Positions 20,985-31,249 of a DNA stretch of 64,000 nt are shown here, one piece after another; position 1 is the first letter of the stretch; the number at the start of each line of letters is the position of its first letter. The notes under the pieces are model-generated. The model saw only the letters and a program-made list of their open reading frames with translations, did not search any database and was not told the DNA's origin. The DNA lies in assembly GCF_050920415.1 (NCBI RefSeq), contig NZ_CP169309.1; one strand, given 5' to 3'. Made by a program: the position numbers and the translations under genes. Source of the DNA: Escherichia coli. Its GTDB lineage: Bacteria; Pseudomonadota; Gammaproteobacteria; Enterobacterales; Enterobacteriaceae.

Positions 20985-21783
20985 AGCAACGGAGATCCTG
21001 ACAGGTAAAGTTATGCAAAAATCGGTCTTAATTACCGGATGTTCCAGTGGAATTGGCCTGGAAAGCGCGCTCGAATTAAAACGCCAGGGTTTTCATGTGC
21101 TGGCAGGTTGCCGGAAACCGGATGATGTTGAGCGCATGAACAGCATGGGATTTACCGGCGTGTTGATCGATCTGGATTCGCCAGAAAGTGTTGATCGCGC
21201 AGCCGATGAAGTGATCGCCCTGACCGATAATTGTCTGTATGGGATCTTTAACAATGCCGGCTTCGGCATGTATGGCCCCCTTTCCACCATCAGCCGCGCG
21301 CAGATGGAACAGCAGTTTTCTGCCAACTTTTTCGGCGCACACCAACTCACCATGCGCCTGTTACCCGCGATGTTACCGCACGGTGAAGGGCGTATTGTGA
21401 TGACCTCATCGGTGATGGGATTAATCTCCACGCCGGGTCGCGGCGCTTACGCAGCCAGTAAATATGCGCTGGAGGCGTGGTCGGATGCGCTGCGCATGGA
21501 GCTGCGCCACAGCGGAATTAAAGTTAGCCTGATCGAACCCGGTCCCATTCGTACTCGCTTCACCGACAACGTCAACCAGACACAAAGCGATAAACCGGTC
21601 GAAAATCCCGGCATCGCCGCCCGCTTTACGTTGGGGCCGGAAGCGGTGGTCGACAAAGTGCGCCATGCTTTTATTAGCGAGAAACCGAAGATGCGCTATC
21701 CGGTAACGCTGGTGACCTGGGCGGTAATGGTGCTCAAGCGCCTGCTGCCGGGGCGCGTGATGGACAAAATATTGCAGGGGTGA
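20974..21783 (+). CDS. ybbO: short-chain dehydrogenase/reductase
   Basis: 269-aa ORF with the SDR glycine motif TGCSSGIG and a YxxxK active-site motif. Confidence 0.85.
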   Translation: MTHKATEILTGKVMQKSVLITGCSSGIGLESALELKRQGFHVLAGCRKPDDVERMNSMGFTGVLIDLDSPESVDRAADEVIALTDNCLYGIFNNAGFGMYGPLSTISRAQMEQQFSANFFGAHQLTMRLLPAMLPHGEGRIVMTSSVMGLISTPGRGAYAASKYALEAWSDALRMELRHSGIKVSLIEPGPIRTRFTDNVNQTQSDKPVENPGIAARFTLGPEAVVDKVRHAFISEKPKMRYPVTLVTWAVMVLKRLLPGRVMDKILQG

Positions 21784-21801
21784 GTTGAAGCGCGCGCTTA
21801 A

Positions 21802-22698
<897 letters not shown>

Positions 22699-22727
22699 TT
22701 TTCCGTTGAAATGCGATGCTGTGCTGG

Positions 22728-22878
22728 TTTGTAGGCCTGATAAGACGCGCCAGCGTCGCATCAGGCATCCGCGCATAGCCGCCGGATGCGGCGTGAACGC
22801 CTTATCCGGCCTACCAAACCGTGCTAATTCAATACATTGCAGGTGCCATGTAGGTCTGATAAGACGCATCAGGCATCG
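22728..22878. repeat. BIME cluster of three REP units between cnoX and fetB
   Basis: GTAGGCCTGATAAGACGCGCCAGCGTCGCATCAGGC, GCCGGATGCGGCGTGAACGCCTTATCCGGCCTAC, GTAGGTCTGATAAGACGCATCAGGCATCGC. Confidence 0.6.
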
Positions 22879-22880
22879 CA

Positions 22881-23660
22881 TTATTTCTTCTTCAATTGCG
22901 TCACCACCAACTGGTGGCGCGAATTATAAAACTTACGATAGGTTAAATAGCAGGCAATAATGGTCGACAAGCTGGCGGTGGAGAGCAGCATAAAGGTCAC
23001 CATAATCTGATATTTAATCGCCTTCACCGGATCAATCCCGGCAAATATCAGCCCGGACATCATTCCCGGTAAACTCACTAAGCCAACCGTTTTTGCTGAA
23101 TCGACCGTCGGAATTAAAGCCGCGCGAATACTGTCGCGAATCAATATCGCTGAAGCCTGTTTCGGCGTCGCGCCAAGACTCAGTTTCTCCTGAATCTGTT
23201 GTTGTTCGCTAATGACCCGTTGCCCTAAATTGTTGTAACACAGCCCTACCGCGACCATCGCGTTACCGGCAATCATCCCGGCAATAGGAATCACTTGCAT
23301 CGGGATAAACTCAATCGACCCTGAGAGTATCAGCACCGCCAGGGTAATTCCCGCCCCGACCGTAATAGCAATAAACGATGAAACAAAGGCTTTAGCAATA
23401 TATTTACTGCGTTTTTGCGCATTCCACGCCGCATTAAAGCAGATAAATAACACCATCAATAATGTCAGGCTGGCATCATCCACGCTGAAAATATACTTCA
23501 GCACATAGCCGACAATAATCAGCTGAATTATCGCCCGCCCGACGCTCCAGAGAATATCTTTCTCCAGCGCCAGTTTTTCTTTATGGCTAATTAAGATTGC
23601 TACCACCACCAGCATTAATGCCAGTGCCAATGATTCGTTAGTAATATTATGCGAGTTCAT
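22881..23660 (-). CDS. fetB: iron export ABC transporter permease
   Basis: Start MNSHNITNESLALALMLVVVAILI (259 aa); multi-TM protein; overlaps fetA. Confidence 0.85.
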   Translation of the reverse strand: MNSHNITNESLALALMLVVVAILISHKEKLALEKDILWSVGRAIIQLIIVGYVLKYIFSVDDASLTLLMVLFICFNAAWNAQKRSKYIAKAFVSSFIAITVGAGITLAVLILSGSIEFIPMQVIPIAGMIAGNAMVAVGLCYNNLGQRVISEQQQIQEKLSLGATPKQASAILIRDSIRAALIPTVDSAKTVGLVSLPGMMSGLIFAGIDPVKAIKYQIMVTFMLLSTASLSTIIACYLTYRKFYNSRHQLVVTQLKKK

Positions 23661-24324
23661 AGCGTGCTTCCTGCATTTCTCCGGCATGCGGTTGCAGTGT
23701 AATCACTTTATCCGCATGATTAATTTCGTCTTTATCGTGTGTCACCCACAGCACGGCAATATTTTGCTCGCGCACATAACGGTGGATCATCTCATTAACG
23801 TTATGTTTATTACTTTCATCCAGTGCACTGGTGATTTCATCCAGCAATAATACCTTTGGCATAAATTGCAGGTTACGAATCAATGAGATGCGTTGTTTTT
23901 CACCACCAGATAGCTCGGCGATATTCTTTGTCAAAATGCTGTCCGGCAAAGCGAAGCGTTCGAGAAAATCGAGAAAAATGGCTGGGTCAGGCTGCTGGTT
24001 ACGGATCTGCCAGGGAAAGATCAGATTATCGTATACCGTATCGCCAAACAGCGTCGGCGTCTGGGCGCAGTAAGATACTTGCTGGCGGTAGATTTCTGGC
24101 TTGAGTGTACTGACATCCTCACCTTCAAACAGCAACGTTCCGCTGGTTGGGCTGATTAATGAAGCAACAATTTTCAGCAGCGTACTTTTGCCACAACCGG
24201 AAGGGCCGGTAATTAACTTAAATTCGCCAGCACGTAGCGAAAAATTGATGTTATTAAGAATCTTCGTATCACCCGCCAGATATCCTACGTTTTGTAGCTG
24301 AAGCAAAGGACTATTTTCCTGCAT
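23647..24324 (-). CDS. fetA: iron export ABC transporter ATP-binding protein
   Basis: 225-aa ORF with Walker A GPSGCGKST, signature LSGGEKQR and Walker B LLLDEITSALD. Confidence 0.85.
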   Translation of the reverse strand: MQENSPLLQLQNVGYLAGDTKILNNINFSLRAGEFKLITGPSGCGKSTLLKIVASLISPTSGTLLFEGEDVSTLKPEIYRQQVSYCAQTPTLFGDTVYDNLIFPWQIRNQQPDPAIFLDFLERFALPDSILTKNIAELSGGEKQRISLIRNLQFMPKVLLLDEITSALDESNKHNVNEMIHRYVREQNIAVLWVTHDKDEINHADKVITLQPHAGEMQEARYELA

Positions 24325-24469
24325 CGCTGTTCCCTTTTTCTGATTTTTACTAAAAACAGTTTATCCTTCGCAGGAATAAGGGGGAACTCTCTTTCAGTAA
24401 TCAGGTATAATTTGTTTAATCAAGCAGCAATTTTGCTGATTATGGACGGTACAACAGGAGGTTTTTCCG

Positions 24470-25387
24470 ATGCTTATCTTTATCCCGATTCTCATTTTTG
24501 TCGCGCTGGTCATTGTTGGCGCGGGCGTCAAAATCGTGCCGCAGGGCTATCAGTGGACAGTAGAACGTTTTGGTCGCTATACCAAAACGTTACAGCCAGG
24601 GCTAAGTCTGGTGGTGCCGTTTATGGATCGCATTGGTCGCAAGATCAATATGATGGAGCAAGTGCTCGATATCCCTTCCCAGGAAGTTATCTCGAAAGAT
24701 AACGCCAACGTTACCATCGACGCCGTGTGCTTTATTCAGGTGATTGATGCCCCGCGCGCGGCTTATGAAGTCAGCAATCTGGAGCTGGCGATCATCAATC
24801 TGACCATGACTAACATCCGTACCGTACTGGGTTCAATGGAACTTGACGAAATGCTCTCCCAGCGCGACAGCATCAACTCACGCCTGCTGCGTATTGTCGA
24901 TGAGGCCACCAACCCGTGGGGGATTAAAGTCACCCGTATTGAAATTCGCGACGTGCGCCCACCGGCAGAGCTTATCTCTTCAATGAACGCGCAGATGAAA
25001 GCGGAACGTACCAAACGCGCTTACATCCTTGAAGCGGAAGGGATCCGTCAGGCGGAAATCCTCAAAGCCGAAGGTGAAAAACAGTCGCAAATCCTGAAAG
25101 CGGAAGGTGAGCGTCAGTCGGCATTTTTGCAAGCTGAAGCGCGTGAACGTTCCGCCGAAGCAGAAGCCCGTGCCACTAAAATGGTGTCGGAAGCCATCGC
25201 CTCTGGTGATATTCAGGCAGTGAACTACTTCGTCGCACAGAAATACACCGAAGCGTTACAGCAGATCGGTTCATCCAGTAACAGCAAAGTAGTGATGATG
25301 CCATTAGAGGCCAGCAGCCTGATGGGGTCGATTGCCGGGATTGCCGAGCTGGTGAAAGACAGCGCCAACAAACGGACTCAGCCATGA
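24470..25387 (+). CDS. qmcA: SPFH/band-7 (stomatin/prohibitin-family) membrane protein
   Basis: 305-aa ORF with N-terminal TM segment and SPFH domain, coiled-coil rich in EAEG/KAEG repeats. Confidence 0.88.
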   Translation: MLIFIPILIFVALVIVGAGVKIVPQGYQWTVERFGRYTKTLQPGLSLVVPFMDRIGRKINMMEQVLDIPSQEVISKDNANVTIDAVCFIQVIDAPRAAYEVSNLELAIINLTMTNIRTVLGSMELDEMLSQRDSINSRLLRIVDEATNPWGIKVTRIEIRDVRPPAELISSMNAQMKAERTKRAYILEAEGIRQAEILKAEGEKQSQILKAEGERQSAFLQAEARERSAEAEARATKMVSEAIASGDIQAVNYFVAQKYTEALQQIGSSSNSKVVMMPLEASSLMGSIAGIAELVKDSANKRTQP

Positions 25388-25842
25388 TGGAGTTAATGGT
25401 CGTTCATCCACATATTTTCTGGCTCAGTCTCGGCGGGTTGTTGCTGGCAGCCGAGATGTTGGGCGGAAATGGTTATCTGTTGTGGAGCGGCGTGGCAGCG
25501 GTGATTACCGGCCTGGTGGTCTGGCTGGTGCCGCTGGGTTGGGAGTGGCAAGGGGTGATGTTTGCCGTCCTGACGCTGCTCGCCGCCTGGTTGTGGTGGA
25601 AATGGCTGGCACGAGGCGTGCGCGAACAAAAGCACAGTGACAGTCATTTAAACCAGCGCGGGCAGCAGCTTATTGGCCGACGTTTTGTGCTGGAATCTCC
25701 GCTGGTCAACGGGCGCGGTCATATGCGCGTCGGTGACAGTTCATGGCCTGTCAGCGCCAGCGAGGATCTCGGCGCAGGTACGCATGTTGAGGTGATTGCG
25801 ATAGAAGGGATAACGCTGATTATCCGTGCGGTCATCGCCTGA
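25384..25842 (+). CDS. ybbJ: NfeD-like inner membrane protein, partner of QmcA
   Basis: 152-aa ORF overlapping the qmcA stop by 4 bp; TM segments plus C-terminal OB-like domain. Confidence 0.85.
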   Translation: MMELMVVHPHIFWLSLGGLLLAAEMLGGNGYLLWSGVAAVITGLVVWLVPLGWEWQGVMFAVLTLLAAWLWWKWLARGVREQKHSDSHLNQRGQQLIGRRFVLESPLVNGRGHMRVGDSSWPVSASEDLGAGTHVEVIAIEGITLIIRAVIA

Positions 25843-25844
25843 CG

Positions 25845-25915
25845 CGTCTTATCACACCCGGAAATCTGTACTAAAAATCATGCCGGATAAGGCGTTTACG
25901 CCGCATCCGGCATAT
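25845..25915. repeat. REP palindromic units downstream of ybbJ
   Basis: ATGCCGGATAAGGCGTTTACGCCGCATCCGGCAT matches the REP consensus. Confidence 0.55.
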
Positions 25916-25933
25916 AGCCGAGTAGTGGCAAAA

Positions 25934-26296
25934 TTACTCTTCCCGGCCTTTCCCCATACTTTTTTGGTCTTCATCCGGATAGTGTTTTTTTAGATATTCC
26001 AGGACGTTTTTATTGACCTTGTGTTGCGTATACACCCACCCTTTCCAGTAATCAGGCTGGTCCAGATAAACTTCTGGCGGAATGGTGAAATCAGAAAGCG
26101 TTAACCATTCGGCTAACAGATCGGGGTTTCGCTTCTGGATCAACTGCAACAGCATGATCAGCGACATGGCAGAGGCAGGAGCCGTACTATCGCCACTTAA
26201 ATATTTCCACACCGTTGATCGGTTCGAACGAAAAAGGATGGGAAGCAGCGCCCGGTCCAGATTCATTTCATTAAAAATCTTCTCAAATTCATTCAT
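25934..26296 (-). CDS. hypothetical protein (strain-specific insertion between ybbJ and cueR)
   Basis: 120-aa ORF; not part of the K-12 ybbJ-cueR junction as I recall it; function unknown. Confidence 0.4.
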   Translation of the reverse strand: MNEFEKIFNEMNLDRALLPILFRSNRSTVWKYLSGDSTAPASAMSLIMLLQLIQKRNPDLLAEWLTLSDFTIPPEVYLDQPDYWKGWVYTQHKVNKNVLEYLKKHYPDEDQKSMGKGREE

Positions 26297-26661
26297 TTAA
26301 TTTTCCTGCCTGGCGTAAACCTCTTAAAAATTGAGATTTATCAAAGAAACGCATTTTAGCACACATCAGGAACTGCTTCACGTTTAGTCCAGAAACAGAA
26401 TTTATTTCGCTTATCAAAACAAGTCTTTACTCTTTTTTACATTGAAAGAGCACGAAATGATTTCCTTTTTTATTTATATGAGAAACCATTTTTGTTTCTT
26501 ATTGATGGCGTTTACGCTTACACCAGACAAAAATGCGCTTTACATCACACAAATGGCGGCGTAGATTTCGATTAAATTGCAACGTAGTTTATTTCTTAAA
26601 ACAATATTATTTGTTTCTTATAGAAACATTAATGCGACTTATTTTGAACAAGAGAAAATGA

Positions 26662-27678
26662 ATGAAAACTGTAAACGTAGCTTTACTGGCACTCATAATT
26701 TCAGCAACATCCAGCCCTATTGTTTTAGCTGGTGATACCATTGAAGCGGCGGCAACAGAGCTTTCAGCCATTAACTCTGGCATGTCGCAATCGGAGATTG
26801 AGCAGAAGATTACCCGCTTTTTAGAACGCACCGACAACAGCCCCGCTGCATATACCTATTTGACTGAACATCACTACATCCCTTCTGAAACACCTGATAC
26901 CACTCTGACTCCCCCTGTCCAGACAGATCCTGACGCAGGACAAAAAACCGTTGCCGCTACAGGTGATGTACAGACAACCGCCCGTTATCAGAGCATGATC
27001 AACGCCCGACAGTCTGCGGTAACTGATGCCCAGCAAACGCAAATTACAGAGCAACAGGCGCAGATCGTAGCCACACAAAAAACGCTCGCCGCGACTGGAG
27101 ATACGCAAAATACCGCGCATTATCAGGAGATGATTAATGCCAGGCTGGCGGCTCAAAATGAGGCTAATCAGCGCACTACCACTGAACAAGGGCAGAAAAT
27201 GAATGCGCTGACAACCGATGTGGCAGCACAACAGCAATATGAAAGGACTCAATACGATAAACAAATGCAAAGTCTGGCGCAGAAGTCTGTCCAGGCACAT
27301 GAGCAAATTGAAAGTCTGAGACAAGATTCCGCACAAACGCAGCAACAGTTAACCAACACCCAAAACCGGGTCGCTGATAACAGCCAGCAAATTAACACGC
27401 TCAATAACCATTTCGATTCGCTGAAAAACGAAGTTGAGGACAATCGTAAAGAAGCCAATGCGGGAACTGCATCTGCCATCGCTATCGCCTCACAACCACA
27501 GGTGAAAACCGGTGACTTGATGATGGTGTCAGCGGGAGCGGGAACGTTCAACGGTGAATCTGCGGTGTCTGTAGGAACATCTTTTAATGCCGGAACGCAT
27601 ACGGTACTTAAAGCAGGTATTTCTGCGGATACACAATCTGATTTCGGTACGGGTGTCGGCGTGGGATATTCGTTCTAA
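26662..27678 (+). CDS. mini trimeric-autotransporter-like protein (signal peptide, Gln-rich coiled-coil stalk with internal repeat, YadA-type C-terminal anchor)
   Basis: N-terminal signal peptide MKTVNVALLALIISATSSPIVLA; C-terminal AGTASAIAIASQPQ...GDLMMVSAGAGTFNGESAVSVGTSF...KAGISADTQSDFGTGVGVGYSF follows the YadA/Hia/Eib anchor pattern with terminal aromatic residue; repeat KTVAATGDVQTTARYQSMINAR / KTLAATGDTQNTAHYQEMINAR. Confidence 0.6.
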   Translation: MKTVNVALLALIISATSSPIVLAGDTIEAAATELSAINSGMSQSEIEQKITRFLERTDNSPAAYTYLTEHHYIPSETPDTTLTPPVQTDPDAGQKTVAATGDVQTTARYQSMINARQSAVTDAQQTQITEQQAQIVATQKTLAATGDTQNTAHYQEMINARLAAQNEANQRTTTEQGQKMNALTTDVAAQQQYERTQYDKQMQSLAQKSVQAHEQIESLRQDSAQTQQQLTNTQNRVADNSQQINTLNNHFDSLKNEVEDNRKEANAGTASAIAIASQPQVKTGDLMMVSAGAGTFNGESAVSVGTSFNAGTHTVLKAGISADTQSDFGTGVGVGYSF

Positions 27679-27731
27679 TTTTAACAGCAATTTCTTATTC
27701 GCAATTTTCCGTACATTATTTAAGGTTAACA

Positions 27732-28154
27732 ATGATGAATAGCTCCATTAAATCGTTTTCCCTGCTGGCGGTTATATTACTGGCTGGCTGTAGTTCACCC
27801 ACTTCCCGCATCGCAGATTGCCAGGCGCAGGGCGTCAGTCATGATACCTGTTATCTCGCAGAACAACAGCGTCAGACGGCTATTTTAAGTGCATCCGAGG
27901 CGCAGGCATTTAAAAATGCAGAAGCCGCACAACATGCCCAGGCGGCAAAGAAAGCCATTTATAAAGGATTTGGCATGACCTTTAGAATGAGCAGTAAGAA
28001 CTTTGCTTATCTCAATGATTCATTATGTGCAATTGATGAAGACAATAAAGATGCCACTGTTTATCAGTCAGGTCTTTATAACGTCATTGTTTATCACCAC
28101 ACGGGAAAAGTCGCCTTAATGAAGGAAGGTCAGTTTGTGGGTTATTTAAAATGA
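27732..28154 (+). CDS. putative lipoprotein
   Basis: Signal peptide with lipobox LLAGC (MMNSSIKSFSLLAVILLAGCSS); stop overlaps the next start (ATGA). Confidence 0.5.
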   Translation: MMNSSIKSFSLLAVILLAGCSSPTSRIADCQAQGVSHDTCYLAEQQRQTAILSASEAQAFKNAEAAQHAQAAKKAIYKGFGMTFRMSSKNFAYLNDSLCAIDEDNKDATVYQSGLYNVIVYHHTGKVALMKEGQFVGYLK

Positions 28155-28357
28155 AGGAGCAAAGGAAAATCCCCCTGACGCATATTATGATTATCGGTGC
28201 GTTTATTTTTGCCTTCTTACAAGTGGTGTTATTAGCCTCCCTGGTTCACGCTGTGAATGTTAACAACGAAATCCAGGAAGGCTTATTTCAGTCGGGGCGC
28301 ATTATGGTAGAAAGTTTGCAGCATATTCTGTCTGTGCAACCGGTGATTAACGGGTAA
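28151..28357 (+). CDS. small single-pass membrane protein
   Basis: 68-aa ORF with one hydrophobic helix IMIIGAFIFAFLQVVLLASLV; translationally coupled to the lipoprotein gene. Confidence 0.3.
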   Translation: MKEQRKIPLTHIMIIGAFIFAFLQVVLLASLVHAVNVNNEIQEGLFQSGRIMVESLQHILSVQPVING

Positions 28358-28439
28358 GAGCACCGCTTCCATTTATAGAGCAATAGTCACCAGCGTAATT
28401 TTCTGGCACAGTTCAGGGAACTGAAATTTTGGCTAAGGA

Positions 28440-29669
28440 GTGGCCATGCTTTTTCCCTTTCGAAAACCTGAAGTACGTCTGCTGAAAAATACCGCTGCGG
28501 GCGTCATTTTTTCGGTGAAGTCAGGTAAAGGATTTCTGCGTCAATGTGTGATTTACGATCCGCACCCTTATGGGCTTATCCGTTCGCTCTGCTGGCAGGA
28601 TGTCCCGTTAATACGTTTCTGGTCCGAGGCTGGCTGCCCCACCTGTGCGGAATTTGTCTACAGCGGTTTTGCGGATGATGAACAGGGAGCCGCCCGGTTT
28701 TTGTCTGCTCTCGAAAACTGGAATCGCCCGTGGTCTGGCATGACGGACGCTTTTGCCGCGCTGACACCGCTGTTCTCATGCATGGCTGATGGCTATTATC
28801 TGCTCGAAGATCGTGAACTTTACCCGACGGATGGCAACGGGCATTTCTTTTGGGCGGCAACGGACCATAGCGCCAGTAATCCGGCGACCGTTGCCGTCTG
28901 GGATCCTGAATATTGCTATTTCAGTGACACCGCCCCCTGTTTTCTTCTACCCGGCCAGCCGCCATCACATTTTAATCCTGAGCGTGCGACGTTTTATCGC
29001 GATAAACCGGACGCCCGCGCTCTGGCCTGGTATCTCCCTGATTCCTATCTCTGCGTTCTGCTCGACGGACACCATAAAGCAACAGCCGCCGCGCTGGAAG
29101 GGCGACCGCTCAAAACACTGGTGCTCAGCACGGCAACCCATTTTAATGATGAGCAACAAACCCTGGTATTTCCGGGCGGAGAATGTCTGCACAAAACAGA
29201 GCTACTGTGCCAGGTTCCCAAACTCACTGAGTGGAAAACATTACCGCCCGGCGCATGGGAGAGTTTCGGCCCTGATAAGCACATCAGCCCATCCGAAACC
29301 TGGTCAGAAGAGTTGCAGCAGAGCGTCAGTCGGTACCCTTCACTGGATCAAGCCTGGCAAATTGTTGAGGCCGGGAATTTGAGCGAAGCTCGTATTAAGC
29401 GCATGATCCAACAAGGTTTGGAGGGGGATGAAAAGGCTGATGTTATTTTGCAGGCACTGTTTTCCACATACTCGCCGCTTTTTGTTGACTTTGCTCGATT
29501 CGTTATCAGCCATCCGGCATACGCCATTTATCGCCCTCTCACCTTCCGGTTGATGGCGCAAAACCGAACGCCGCAAGCAGATGCTTTTTTTCTGGATTTT
29601 GCCATCAATGATGACGGCGAACGTCCGGAGTTGACGAAAATAATGGACGACTATTTTCGCAAGCCTTAA
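28440..29669 (+). CDS. hypothetical cytoplasmic protein (409 aa, Trp/Cys-rich), unknown function
   Basis: Long ORF with an SD-like AGGAG upstream; ends exactly at the cueR stop (convergent); no motif I can assign. Confidence 0.45.
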   Translation: MAMLFPFRKPEVRLLKNTAAGVIFSVKSGKGFLRQCVIYDPHPYGLIRSLCWQDVPLIRFWSEAGCPTCAEFVYSGFADDEQGAARFLSALENWNRPWSGMTDAFAALTPLFSCMADGYYLLEDRELYPTDGNGHFFWAATDHSASNPATVAVWDPEYCYFSDTAPCFLLPGQPPSHFNPERATFYRDKPDARALAWYLPDSYLCVLLDGHHKATAAALEGRPLKTLVLSTATHFNDEQQTLVFPGGECLHKTELLCQVPKLTEWKTLPPGAWESFGPDKHISPSETWSEELQQSVSRYPSLDQAWQIVEAGNLSEARIKRMIQQGLEGDEKADVILQALFSTYSPLFVDFARFVISHPAYAIYRPLTFRLMAQNRTPQADAFFLDFAINDDGERPELTKIMDDYFRKP

Positions 29670-30077
29670 TCACCCCGCTCGATGATGACAGCAGCCGGAG
29701 AGATTTTCGATAATTGGGCAGTCGGCGCTGTCATCACCGGGGCAGGCATTCGCCAGCGCCAGTAGCTGGTCGCGCATGGATTGCAGCTCCTCAATGTGCC
29801 GTTCGATCTCCGCTACCTTCTCCAGCGTACGACGTTTGACGTCGGCACTGTGACGCTGCGGATCGTTAAACAGATTCACCAGTTCGCCGCTCTCTTCCAG
29901 GTTAAAGCCCACCTGGCGCGCCTGGCGCAGTAAGGTCAGTTCGTTGAGATGCTGCTGCGTGTAGGTTCGATAACCATTTTCGCTGCGCATCGGCGGCGTC
30001 ACTAGCCCCTTTTCTTCATAGAAGCGAATGGCTTTGCTGGTCAGGCCGGTAATTTTTGCTACATCGCTAATGTTCAT
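29670..30077 (-). CDS. cueR: MerR-family copper-responsive transcriptional regulator
   Basis: 135-aa [29 protein letters not shown]... with C-terminal metal-binding Cys pair (CPGDDSADC), matching recalled CueR. Confidence 0.92.
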
Positions 30078-31249
30078 CGTTCGCGCAACGCCTCCTGTGC
30101 TTTGTTAAAGGGTTTCAACAGATAATCCAGCACGCTTTTTTTGCCGGTGCGGATATCGACCGTCGCCACCATGCCGGGAAATATCGGAAACTGCTGTTTA
30201 TGTTTATTTTCCAGATGGTTGCTGAAAGTGCGAATGTACACCCGATAGTAATAAACATCGCGTCGCACTTCATCCTGCACGGTGTCTGGTGATATCACCG
30301 CCACTTCCCCCGGCAGGCCGCCGTAGATGGAGTAGTCGTAAGCGGTTATTTTCACCAGCGATTTTTGCCCCGGATGGATAAACGCCACATCGCGGGGGGA
30401 GATTTTTGCCTCGATCAACAGTTGCTCATCCAGCGGCACGATAGTCATAAGTTTACCACCGGGGGCGATGACGCCGCCAACCGTGGTGACGTCAATGTCC
30501 TGAACAATGCCTCGCACCGGCGCAGTAAAGTTGAGCCGGGTGAGAGAATCTTCCCGCCCGCGGATCACCGAACGCTGGGTTTCCACTTCCGCATTGGCTT
30601 TCGCTAACTCTTCCCGCGCCTGTACGTAGTATTGCGTACGCACGTCGCTAAGTTTGTTTTCCAGTTCATTGGCCTGGCGTTGCAGGCGCAGCACTTCAAC
30701 GCTGCTCGCCGCCCCCTGTTTCACCAGCGGCTGGGTCATCGCCAGTTCGCGGTTGACCAGGCTGATCCCCTGCGTCAGCCCGGTGGTGGCTTTGTTCAAC
30801 CCGTCGCGGCGAGTGTTATATAACGCCGTTTCCGACTCGATAAGTTCGGGGAATTTATTCAGTTCGTCAGGAAAGACCAGCGGTTTATTGCTCACTTCTG
30901 CCCGCAGCCGCGCCGAGGTTGCCAGCGCCGCATACAGCCGCGACATCGCTTCCTGGACGTCGGATTCCGTTTTGGTGCGGTTAAGCTGCGCCAGCGGCTG
31001 CCCCTGTTCGACAATATCGCCAACCTTCACGTCGAGATGATACAAAATCCCGCCTTCCAGCGACTGCACCACCTGTTCGCGTCCAGAAGGTTCTACCGTG
31101 CCGCTGCCGGTGGTGACTTCATCAAGCTGGAAGTACCACGCCCAGCCGAGAAAACAGAGCAGCATCACAGCGGTAACGCGCACCGCCAGCGCCGAACGTG
31201 GCAGGCGGGGTTCAGTCAGGCCACGGTTGTATTGCAGTTGTCCGTTCAT
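30074..31249 (-). CDS. type I secretion periplasmic adaptor (HlyD-family membrane fusion protein)
   Basis: 391-aa ORF with N-terminal TM segment, coiled-coil and beta-barrel domains; overlaps the ABC gene by 4 bp. Confidence 0.85.

Noticed and set aside
26821-27551. Minus-strand ORFs 26821..27345 and 27249..27551 antisense to the mini-TAA gene
   Set aside because: Antisense to an ORF with a clear signal peptide and C-terminal anchor; Cys/Leu-rich low-complexity translation.
28576-29576. ORFs overlapping the 409-aa gene (28789..29382 plus strand in another frame; 28576..28860, 28965..29192, 29045..29284, 29340..29576 on the minus strand)
   Set aside because: Shorter than, and embedded in, the longer frame that has an SD-like site and a defined end at the cueR boundary.
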